Assembly: GCF_052425735.1 (NCBI RefSeq)
Contig: NC_135765.1
Coordinates: 620,001-684,000 of the forward strand
Direction: 5' to 3'
Source of the DNA: Oculina patagonica
Taxonomy: Eukaryota
Length of the DNA: 64,000 bases
The notes below the pieces were generated by a model. The model saw nothing but the letters and a program-made list of their open reading frames with translations, ran no database searches and was not told the origin of the DNA. A program made the translations under genes and the position numbers. Position 1 is the first letter of the stretch. Every line of letters begins with the position of its first letter. Shown here in pieces: positions 23,542 through 35,500 of the stretch.

Positions 23542-26500
23542 TTAGGTCAAACCCGCGGAAACTGGAGTCAGTTCCTTGGTTTTCACTCCTATTGCTCCAA
23601 GTCCGATGTCCAATACTCCCATCTCGATATCAACATTGTTACCTGAAAAATAAAGATAACAACTTTATGATTTTCCATGTAGATGTACTGTAGTAGCGAA
23701 TGGTTGTATAATATCAGCCTCTAGGCCATATTCAGTTTTTTTTTTATAAAAGAACGCCGCCAATTTTAAATATATTTTGCAGTGTTCATCAGCGATCTGA
23801 TGACAAAAATCTTAACTGTTAATTGTAAGAGAAGCCTACAGATAAACGAGTTCAATCTGGCTACAAAATGGCTTCAAAATTTGGCTACAAAATGGCTTCG
23901 GTCATTTTCTTGTCCACGAAAGTGCCTTGTGCCTTGTTTACAAGTAATGACAGTCAATTATTTATACGGGAAATGTCTTGATCTAGGAACATAGGAGGAG
24001 ATTTGTGTGGCATCGAGCCGTGCAGGATGACAGCAAAAGCAGTTAAATATATCGGAGATTATCAAGATAACTGTACGAACCAGCTCTTTTTTCCATGTGT
24101 CTGACTCTTGCGCTAATATTCCACAGGGTTCCTATCGTCAAGAGAATGATAATGAGACAACCACAGGCCAGCAGAATGTAATCCATAAATGTCAGATGTG
24201 TCTCTGATGAAGCCGGCTTTATATACTGGCGGTTCTTCCCACGACTGTATTTTTTAAAACAGTTTTCCTGAAATTAAGAAAAAGAAAAACAAGAAATTTA
24301 AAATATTTTTAATAGTTCTATCCAGTACAGGCTAACCAAGCAGAAAAGTGCTTACGGTGCAGTTCAAAAATTCTTTTTTATTGTTACCAGTTGTTCGGAG
24401 TTCGTGGTCCTTTTTCACATATCACAATGGACCCATGACAAGTAGCGTGTGTGTTTTGGGAGTGGAAATTTGTGTGGAACAAAGACAGGTAAACAGCTAA
24501 CAACTAACGAATTTCAATGGACACTGCTGGAGCCTATCCCAGTTGCCGTTCCGTGAAGCGACTTGGGGTATTTCTACTCCCCCTGAATGGGTTGCTTGTT
24601 CATCACAAGTTAATCAGCATTTTGTAAGATCGCAGATACCCATTTTTACTGCCGGGTAGGGAGAGCCACAATATAAGAGAGCAACACAATCACGTGCGTG
24701 ATTTTGAGCTCGAATCCAGGCCACAAGATCCGGCGTCCAGCACGCAAACCATTAGGCCACCGAGTTTCCCACAAAAGCCTTTTTTATTTGTTTGTCTGTT
24801 TATCTGTTTGTTTTTCCTTGTTTCTATGTGTAAATGCGTGCGTGTGAATTGTAAAGTTAGAAAACAAACTGCAGAGTGCTATGGATGAAAATGACAAATG
24901 GTTTCTTACATCCGGTTCATCCATTCCCAATCCCGAATCCCTGTTCAACCATTCCGATTCCATTTCATCCATCCAATCTTCCATACACTTTGTAAAGTTG
25001 TCATACGTGCTGCTCTTGTTAGTCAACTGAATTCCGACTCCGATGTTGGGTAGCCAGGAGTATTCTTCAAGAACGTCGACAATCATGAAATCAAAGTGTG
25101 CCTTGGCCTTGCAGTCAAACAGCCATATTTTGTTCACAGTCCCCTTCTGCAGGCTGTCAAGCAGTTCATGCTCTGTAGAATTTTCTGCAAACAACAAATT
25201 TAGGAGCCTATAACGTCTATTATCTGAAGCGACTGGCGTATCGTATTCGTATCACGGGGTCTCAACAGGCTGGTCTATTTTTTCAAATGATACGTGTTAC
25301 ATGTTACGTCATAAAATTCTGAAATCAAAATTCACTAGCTATAGGCCTGCTAAATTTTCGTTGTCATTAGGCATAAGATAAACTAAAAATATATCTTTTT
25401 GCAAATTTCCAGATCGAAAGTGTTTTTCGCTTTTAAAACAGAGCATTTGAAATATTTGAGTTTTCCGTCGTATGTGACATCAAGCTAAGTGCCGTGACAA
25501 AGCTGTTTTGTTTGAAAAAAGGCCTTTCCTTTCCATTTTCAGAAGATTGAACATGTGATACACCTCCTACCTTATCATAATGTCGTGCTGTTAATGATTC
25601 AAATTTATCCTCATTTTTGTTTGCTTTTTATGAATTAAGTGAAGAACATTACCGTCATTCATCTAAACAAAACACCGTTTATAAGCAAAAATATACCTGT
25701 GACTGATTCGGCTCCATAACAGTATTTCATAAAGTAATTTCTGCTTCCCAAAGGAACACCAATCTGCAATAAATTCACGGAACATCTATGAGTTGACAAA
25801 TATTGTGTATAACTTTGTAAGATTTTTTTCTACAGCACGAGAGCAGTTGCGACAAGCGCCTGAAAATTTTTGGCTTTACTTCATCGAGATTCGAACCCAT
25901 GGTCGCCAGTGAACTTATTAGGAAGGACATTGTCATTCAAAATAGTTTACTTTGTATGTCGAAAATTTCTCATTATCTGTTAATTAATTTTTCAAATGAA
26001 TACTTTTTTGGTTTTTTATTTAGTTCAGAACACCTAAAAGTATTTTCGATCACCAGTTAGCAGTTTTGATAATTTTGCATTTTTTAGTTCTGAATATTGT
26101 AAATAAATATAGAAATTCACAGTAAAAAGAAACCGTTGTTGTTGTTGTCGTGCTAGTTCTTCGGGAAAACGGCGTTCATAAGCCTCTATGCTGAAGCTGT
26201 TATTGCTCAATGTGTACCATGTGATAATAGTACTTTGCTAATCACCTGCGAGTTAACCAATCAGCGCGCGCGTAAAGCACTATTCTCTTGTGTGGTATAT
26301 ACTAAATCAAGATAACATCTCATACCCTGCTTCCAAATATTTCATTCAACGGGCTCAGTCCATCGGCCGTAATGGAAGAGGAGATCTGGGCCGTGAATGT
26401 TGACATTAACAACATTCCGATGATCATCCACAGTGACGCGTACGCTCGCCCCAGGAATGATCTTGGCGTCTTGTCGCCATAGCTACAAAACCAGTTAAAC

Positions 26501-28332
26501 AAATATGCAAATTTTAAAGCGGAAAATGTAGAAATTGGAGCATCTTCAAACAAATCAACAAGTCGGACAAATCTAATTACAATATTCGTGGGTAAGTTTG
26601 CCAGCTGTAGCCATTTCGACAGCAAAATGCAAAATAGTGAAAAACCTTTTGTGGTAAAACACTTTTCGCCAGTGAAATAATGTTCTTGTCGGTTTCATAG
26701 ACAAGAAAATAAATTCTGGGATACACAAGGAAAAATACTACTGCCAAAAGGAGAATAAAACGCTCTACTTGACTATTCTTGCTATAATTAAAACTACCTT
26801 TTCAATTTTTTGACAGATGCAATAAATTTCTAACTAATATACGTCACGTGACGTCACGCTTACCCTACAGTTGTCATGGTAACGATGGCCCACCACAAAC
26901 CTTCACGTATGCCACTCCAAAATGAGTTTGGAAAATGTCCGGAGTTTGCTTTGTGATCCTGTTGAAAAACGCGTACAGCCAGACTATTAAGCTTTCTTAT
27001 TATTCAGCTTATTGGCCCACGAGAGCATCCGGTTTTTTTGGCTCTTGTTCAAGTGTCACTGAAGTGTGTTGTTTTTAGCGCCAGGTGGCGATGAAAATGG
27101 TCTTAAGTATAAGAGTATGAATTTAAAATAATTTTTCAGCTATAAGGTTTTTAGAATTTATTTAAAACTTTTTTTGTCAAAAAACTTAGAGTTTCCGTCT
27201 ATTTTTGTTTCTCTTTAAATGGAATTTCTTTTAATATTATACATAGCTTTCACTGACAAACCTTCATCTGTTTTTGTTTTCTTTTTTTTTTACATGAATT
27301 GCGAATGCACCTTTACAATGGCTTACGAGTAGTTCTATAGTTTCACTAGCTACAATGGCGATTTGTTCTACGTCCCGTTGTCTTACTCGTTCACTGGTTC
27401 GGAAAACAATTGAAAAGAGCTTTATAAATTTGAGATGTGTGAAACACATGGTCAATACGCTGCCAGAAACATAACGGATATTTACCCATCGAACGCGTAA
27501 TTTCTTTGTTTTCATATTCAACCCAAGGAAGTCCATTAAGTCACGTTTTTTCTATAAGCACCTTGTTTGCTACATGTATTTTATCTATGCTCATATGTTA
27601 AGTTAGGGCGCCGTTACACTAGCTTGGCAATTCTTTGTGTTGCATTGCAAACCGCACGAGAAACATTTTTATATTTCAACAGCACACCGTGAAGAAAACA
27701 TGCCTCGTGACGTTCTCGCTGCAGCAAGCGTGCGTTGCACGAAGTAGAAACGAGTTCTACACGGTAACGCTGCAACAAAAAATTTTACGCGTTGCCTAGG
27801 GCTGTTACACTAGCCACGATTCCTGCAACTTTTTTTCGCAACGGCACAACAACATTGTGAGACAAGTTGACGGAACATTTCCGAGTAATCTTTTCAATAA
27901 ACTACTTACAAAAAACCAGATCAGAATTCCTGATAAGATAGCCGCCATTAGGCAAAGAACAAACAGTTGCCATATCTCCTCCAATGCGCGCAAAATCTGC
28001 CCGGCAGTACCAGCAGATGCATCTTTCGCAGCTAAGACAGGCCTGTGTAGCATTTTCAATGTTATATTTGGCTCTCCAGAGATCAAGGGAAAAGTAACAT
28101 CTACGACCGGACTCTTGCATCTTCTTGTCCCATTTGCCAAATGATAATTTTGAAGGCAATAGTTTGTAAAATTAACAACTTCACCTTTCAACTTCCTGAA
28201 ATAAGGACTGTCGCTCGGGAAAAAACTAAAATTGAACTCGTGTTTCCAACTTAGCTTCACGCAATTTTCCAAAGGACAAACGACATCGACGTTTAAAATT
28301 ATAAAGAGAAGTCGAAAAGCCTGGAACGACAT
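23542..28332 (-). CDS. GluR0-like / iGluR-related ion channel with K+-type selectivity filter, copy B
   Basis: Same exon structure as copy A: 28332-27910, 26958-26864, 26482-26326, about 25763-25697, about 25184-24910, about 24267-24081 and about 23642-23542. The WWAIVTMTTVGYGDKTP pore and STFTAQISSSIT helix are identical to copy A. Confidence 0.82.
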
Positions 28333-28688
28333 TTCTATGTAAAAGTTTCCGTCTTCCTTCAAAAATTGATAACTTTTAGGATAATTTAACGCCAACAACA
28401 GTATCAGCATAAATTTTTATGCCATTGTACGATAAAGCTGTTAATACTCTCGTCGCTTATCTAACACAACCAACAGATGTTTTAGCACCAAACAAGCTGC
28501 ATGTTTTTTTGTAGAATAGAGACAAAACGTCGATATGGGGTCCTCAAGTTGACAGTATGACATGAAAGGTTAGTGGTACTGAGTAGCAGTTTTTGAATAA
28601 AGAGCGACATAATCATAGTCAGATGATTATGATCATGTGGATCATAAGAGTGCTTATGATTATATTTCTAGACGTCACGGCCCACTAT

Positions 28689-28927
28689 AGCCTGGTTTTC
28701 ACTAGCAACGCAAGCACAAGCACAAGGATAACAGCTCTTATTTCACCGTGAAAACAGCTTTGACTCAAACAAAAGCACAAGCGCATTGCATTTTGATGCT
28801 TGTGCTTGCCGCAAACACAGGCACTCAGGATCAAAATTTGTCCTTTTTGCGTGCTTGCGTTTGTGCTTGCGCTTGTGCTTGCGCTTGTGCTTGCGCTTGT
28901 GCTTGCGTCGCTAGTGAAAACCAGAGT
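28689..28927. mobile_element. Harbinger-like MITE with (GCACAA)n-type repeats, only upstream of copy B
   Basis: TIRs ctggttttcactagcaacgcaagcacaagc / gcttgtgcttgcgtcgctagtgaaaaccag. Absent at the equivalent position (about 15908) in copy A. Confidence 0.75.
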
Positions 28928-29571
28928 TATAAGACATAAGCGGCATATTAAACCACCCTGCGTAATAACGGCCTTATGTTCGAGGTTATGATTTTCAGTG
29001 ATCATTATGTCACTTAAAGGAACTAGCCAATCACAACAAACGCAAGGGAATGAACCAATCAGAGCTCGAAGCAAAAACATACCGCTGGCCAGTGCCAAGC
29101 ACGGGAAAACACGTCTGGAGCAAGTACATAATACGATGCCCAGGAGCTTTACGCTGCTTGGTGCTCAAGATGTCTCTCACTCGACAAAAATCTGAGATTT
29201 GACCAGAAAAACTGATAATGATGATGATGATGATGATGATGTCTGCAGACATCTGTATGGTTTCTCTGATTGGGTGATGCTCGGCAGGGGCTTGGTTTGA
29301 ACTTTCGCGCACAAATAACAAGCAATCAAAGACACAACATTGGTCTCGGCAAATTACTTCATTTTCGAAACACATCTTAGACTTCTTTTCGATTCTTTTA
29401 ACTCGCCCTAGCACCCTTCCCTTCCCCTTGGCAGGCGCGCGCGGTCCTGTTAAAACAGGACTATTCGGAGTGTTGTACATGACGTATAAACCGCTAAGAG
29501 AAAATCGTCCAAGCGATTTGGACCATCCAGCCGAGGTCAGCAGATAGTGAGCGCTTGTAGGGACTTGCAAT

Positions 29572-32500
29572 ATGGAGGGAAAAGTGCAGTTTGGAACGGT
29601 AGATTTTGCCGTGTTTGGAGTTATGTTGCTCCTATCTACTTTCATTGGAATATACCATGCCTTTACTGGAGGAAAACAGCGAACAACGAAGGAATTTCTG
29701 TTTGCTAACCGCGGGATGATGGCTATACCTGTGGCCTTGTCTTTGCTTGCATCATTCATGTCAGCAATTACAATTCTTGGTGTACCTTCAGAGATTTACA
29801 TTTTTGGAACACAGTACTGGCTTATTATTGCGTCTTATGTGATTCTTTTCCCATCGGTGGCACTGATATTTGTCCCTGTGTTTCGTGCAGTGGATATTTC
29901 GAGTTCGTATGAGGTAAGTACAAAGCTTAAATTCAAAACAAAAAAACTCGTGATTTTTGTTTATATCAATAGTGTTATGAACGATCCTTGCAACTCAATC
30001 GGTATGTTTTTCTCTATTTGATCGACACATACACCTTACATTTTGTAAACATCGTGATGTTTTTAATGATTTTGACAGCTTGCTTTATCTGTTTTACTCG
30101 CTAATTTATTAATCCACGTGGTGTATTAATCATTGACCAAAGTCCACTTTGAGTTAGCAAAGTCATATATCGGCAGAGAACTATGATCAAGTTACAAAAG
30201 CAAAAATTTTAAACAACTTTCAATTTAAAATTCTTCCTTGTAATTTTTTTATTATTGTTTGTGCAATGTCAAGAATCATCACAAAATCAAATCAAATCAA
30301 ATCAAATATTTTTATGCACGTAAAATATATATCAAAAATATATCAACAAGGTTGTTCAAAATAAGCCGGCAATCGGCGCATTTCACCGGGTTGTCCTAAA
30401 ACCCGGAATGCCGGAAATCCGGATAAGAAAGCCCGGAATCCTAAAACCCGGAATGACCTTTTTTGTGTACGCCTTTTTCAATAAAATACGTGGAAATATC
30501 TTATTTTATTTTTTTTTTTGGGGGGGGGGGATTTGGAAGTTTGTTACGAGTTTCCAATTACGTTGCGAGTTAGCGAATCAAATTGTCAATTTCGATACAA
30601 AGTTTCCAACTTCGGCCTGACTGAACTTCGCAATTTAGCTAGTTGAGGAGAAACAAAACATGTTGTTTCAAAGTCATGGCGATATCTGAACTCAATGATT
30701 TTAAAGGAAACAAGTTACGGCGGGAATATTCCAGCGATTATTGCGGCTCAAGTTGCAAAACATTTGTTTGACCAAATAGTCGACGTCAATAAAAACCTTA
30801 CATTGTGTTAACTTGTGCAGATTAAAACCTTCTGTAGTTATGTTATCAACAAGGGCTTTGCTACGCTTAATCGTTGGGAAAAAGCCATAAAAAAGTATAA
30901 AAGGCTCACAAACTTTAAATTAATGTTCAGCGAGCCATAAACATGTTGGTGTGACAAATATGTCTTCCCTGTCGCCTCGCTTCGGCTTCGATTAAAATCA
31001 ACTTTATGTAAAGATCCTGATGGGTAAACCATGTATCCAGTTTCATCCGGCTTACAAACGCAAAAGACTTGAAAATTAAGATTATACCTCACACAAAGCG
31101 TAAAAAAAAAAATTTTTTACAAAAAGGAAAATTTGACCAAATTTCTGCCTGCATAAAATTCATTTATCGTCAAATTACTTGCGTGATCGCTGGTGTGAAA
31201 CGTTGTCTGACACTTCAACTGAATTATCGCTTCCATCATCAAGCGACGAATATATATCGACAGCGTTTGATTGATACCCATTTTTGAAAGGACATGTTCA
31301 TGACGGTATATGAATGTAATGCTTCTACTCACTATCAGTCAGAACATTGATCAGAAGGTTGTTATTGCCGTTCTGCTTGTTCGGACAACAAGCAACAAGG
31401 ACAACCCCATTTCACCGGCTATTCCGAATACTGCGTCGGCTACTCGGAATATTAGTAGGTCAGTTCTGAGTGTGTGTTATCAAGTTCTGAGTGTTTTGTA
31501 GCCCCCTACTTTTTGGATGGAACCTGCTACTCAAAAACCCACTGACAACCCTGATCAAATATTTTTTATGCACATTTTATTTTATTTTAATTTTTATACG
31601 TAACCTAGGAGTACAAAAAGTTTTTGTTTGAACGTGCACCTGTGTCTATAAGTTAAAAAATCTATTAAAAATAGAAAAAAGAAGTTCTATTTAAAAATCT
31701 AGAAATATGTTAAAAATTATTGTTGATATTTACAATCAATATTTCCAAGTAAAAATTTAAAATATATAATAGCGACCTTAAGATTTGACTACAAGTACGA
31801 GATCGAGTACTAGTACGACTTTGGAATGATAATATTTTCGAGACAATTGTATCCCCCAAACTATAACTCTTTCTTGTGGCTGACTTACACATAAATAAAC
31901 ATTAGGGATAAGATTGGCGTAATAAGTGATTAGAGGAGGCACACGAATTGGGTTTGAAAACTCATACTCATACTCAATCTGGTACTCGTAGTCCAATCTA
32001 ATATAATATAAATGTGGCAAAGAGATCACAATTTATCCTTATTAATAATAATATTTATTAATAGGAAGCCTTCCTGGGCTTGTTGAAGAGATTAATTTCT
32101 TTCATAGAAACAATATATATTACTTGATGGCTAGTTTATTGGGATAGTTACATGTAGATTTATTTTATACATGCATGCATATCAAGTGGTTTCCACTCCC
32201 CTCTCCCCCGGCCCCCTGCTGTGACTGTAGGGGATTCTCAATTCCTAGGCCTAGTGTATGGTGGCCCAGCATTATCATAGTAAAATATGTTAGGTCTTGC
32301 AAACAAAAGCGTAAGAAATGTGAAAAAACGAAAAATAAAAGCAATCAAAATAGAAAAAAAAATGAAAAAAGTATAATTAATATAAGTATAATTAATATGA
32401 TTAAAAAAAAATAAAAAAAATAATTTAAGCACAAAAAATATTTTAAAAAAAATTGATTACAAAAAATAAAATAAAAATAATTTAAGCACAAAAAATATTT

Positions 32501-35500
32501 TAAAAAAATTTACAATCGAAAAAAAAAGAAAAAGAGGAAAAAAACATTTAAAATCATTGTTAAAAACAACATTGAAAATCAACATTAAAAATTGACATTG
32601 GAAATCAACATTAAAAATAGACATTGAAAATACAACATTGAAAATCAACATTGGAAATCAACATAGGAATTGAAAAAACGTTATTTCCACGTGGCCCATC
32701 GTTATCATAGACCAGGATGCTTTGCATGCATATAAAACATATTTCATCCATAAGAGAGCCCCAGAAGTCATTAGAAGCTCCTGATACACCAGGGTTTTCT
32801 GGACGGTACTTGATATGTGCAGTAGGTGATAACTAAAGTGTACATATTGTGAGCACCAGAGAGGAAAACGCAAAGGAAACAATTCATTGTTCATAAACCA
32901 AAGCAGTGGCCCATCGTTCTCGTAGCCCGTGATGACTTTAATCAGCGGACTTCAGCCAGCCCGCTTCAGCGGAGCTTGAGATCCTTGAGACCTGCCATAT
33001 CGAAGAGAAATCGCCTGAGAAATCCAAAGACTACGTGCGGCGTCCAAAATGAGTAGAATTCGACACCAGCACATCACACGAGCTTACCGGATAGCCAAAG
33101 TGTTCCACGCAAGCAATCTTCAGGTTTTCAAGGGTTAAATCATCCCTGGAAAACTTGACGAATTCTCTCGGTTGTACCGGGCGAAATGTTTGCTTGTTTT
33201 CAGGTTCTGCTGTCAACCTTTGCACAATGATGTCGCTTGGTGCCGTAACCCTTTAGGGTTGTTAGTAATCGGAGTAACGGCGGAACACGGAACGGCGGAA
33301 CGGCGTAACGAGAATCGGCGTAACGAATTTTTTTTCTTTTACATAACTTAATTAATTTGTTGCTATGAAGAAAATTAAATTAATAAATTCTCACTTTGCA
33401 GACCTGCAGACAGCAGTACCTGGACCCATTTTTTTTCTTTTTTCACACACAATAGGCCGCAATGTCGGTAAATGGCTTATTTGATCTCTAGACTTAATTA
33501 CGTAAAACTAGGCAAAGAAACAAAGAAGCAAACCAACAGTAAATAGTATCCCACAAAAAAGGGCACCCACATTTTCTTACTCCTTTGAGGTCGATCTAGA
33601 GCCAGGATTTCGAGTTTATTTCGAGTGAGAATTTCAAGGAGAAGCCGGCGACTGCCCTTCGGACTTCCTCGCCCCAATCAAGATAATGAAACGTACAAAA
33701 CCGAAGCATGTCAACAAAGCTGTTGAAAAAAAAAATAGAAGGGCCTGAAAAGTTACTGGTTTCGTAAGAAAAAGAAAGAAAGAAAATGACAAGCCCACAA
33801 CAAGGGGTATTTCAGTTGGTCACCGATCCAAGTACTAACCCTGCCCAACAGGGCTTAACTTCAGCGATCAGACGAAAACCAATGCTTTCCTTGTGGTATC
33901 AGTGTCAAACGAGACAAAGGGTTATAAGAGTCATGCAAATAGAGAAAAAGAAATACCTGGTTTAAATGGATCTTTTGGAAAATTCGGTACTTTCCTACTA
34001 AAACTGGTCTTAACTTTTATGAGCTGATTTACATCTTACTGATACCACATGGAAGGCAACGGTTCTTGTCCGATCGCCGAAGTTAAGCCCCGTTGGACGG
34101 GGTTAGTACTTGGATGGGTGACCAACTGAAAATACCCCTTGTTGTGGGCTTTTCATTTTCTTTCTTTCTTTTTCTTGTGAAACCAGTAACTTTTCAGGCC
34201 TTTCTATTTTTTTTTCAACAGCTTCGTTGACATGCTTCGGTTTTGTACGTACGTTTCGTTTTTGTACGGTTTTGCGCGGAACACTTTGACTATCCGGTAA
34301 GCTCGTGCGATGTGCTGGTGTCGAATTCTACTCATTTTGGACGCCGCACGTAGTCTTTGGATTTCTCAGGCGATTTCTCTTCGATATGGCAGGTCTCAAG
34401 GATCTCAAGCTCCGCTGAAGCGGGCTGGCTGAAGTCCGCTGATTAAAGTCATCACGGGCTACAAGAACGATGGGCCACTGCTTTGGCTTATGAACAATGA
34501 ATTGTTTCCTTTGCGTTTTCCTCTCTGGTGCTCACAATATGTACACTTTAGTTATCACCTACTGCACATATCAAGTACCGTCCAGAAAACCCTGGTGTAT
34601 CAGGAGCTTCTAATGACTTCTGGGGCTCTCTTATGGATGAAATATGTTTTATATGCATGCAAAGCATCCTGGTCTATGATAACGATGGGCCACGTGGAAA
34701 TAACGTTTTTTCAATTCCTATGTTGATTTCCAATGTTGATTTTCAATGTTGTATTTTCAATGTCTATTTTTAATGTTGATTTCCAATGTCGATTTTTAAT
34801 GTTGATTTTCAATGTTGTTTTTAACAATGATTTTAAATGTTTTTTTCCTCTTTTTCTTTTTTTTTCGATTGTAAATTTTTTTAAAATATTTTTTGTGCTT
34901 AAATTATTTTTATTTTATTTTTTGTAATCAATTTTTTTTAAAATATTTTTTGTGCTTAAATTATTTTTTTAATTTTTTTTAATCATATCAATTATACTTA
35001 TATTAATTATACTTTTTTTCATTTTTTTTTCTATTTTGATTGCTTTTATTTTTCGTTTTTTCACATTTCTTACGCTTTTCTTTGCAAGACCTAACATATT
35101 TTACTATGATAATGCTGGGCCACCATACTAGTGTCATTTTTCCTGTAATATCCTAGCAACTGCCATTCCAAATGTTAAAATCTTACAAATTAATCTGTCA
35201 GAATAGCAGACCATGGCCCACAGAAAAAAGCAGATTGTATGTGTCACAGCTGATATAAAAATTATTCATGAACCATGCACATCCCCTTCCAGACCCTGTT
35301 ATAGCTGCCAAAAACCTTTAACTAAAATTTCCACCTACCCACAGGCAGAGATAACAGTTAAGACATACTTTCACATAACATACAGGTTTGTTTTTGTGGG
35401 CAGAGATGATTGGTCCCAAGTTGCACCCCCAACCTGGAGAGCCATGGGGTGGTCCTTTGTAGGACTACCCCCCTTCCTCTTTTCCATTATCCAATCCAGC

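Larger units (their letters stand above)
23092..29120. repeat. Tandem segmental duplication of about 7870-16080
   Basis: Colinear similarity across exons, introns and flanks, for example ctttaggtgacgtcattttgttgg at about 7870 and 23094, and aaacataccgctggccagtgccaagc at about 16016 and 29075. Confidence 0.9.
32257..35127. mobile_element. Foldback-type non-autonomous DNA transposon, IS3EU-like (TAY...RTA ends, 6-bp TSD)
   Basis: About 856-bp inverted arms (32257-33112, 34272-35127) with few mismatches. Termini are TATGGTGGCCC...GGGCCACCATA and CTAGTG lies on both flanks (32251-32256, 35128-35133). Confidence 0.85.

Noticed and set aside
29031-29759. 242-aa minus-strand ORF
   Set aside because: It is antisense to SLC5 exon 1 and its promoter, runs through a (GAT)n microsatellite, and has no recognisable motif.
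33792-34150. Functional 5S rRNA genes
   Set aside because: The 5' ends cannot form helix I with the 3' ends, the two copies differ from each other, and they sit inside a transposon.
32457-34927. Duplicated 64-aa and 78-aa ORFs on opposite strands
   Set aside because: They are a by-product of the inverted arms, with low complexity and no recognisable domain.
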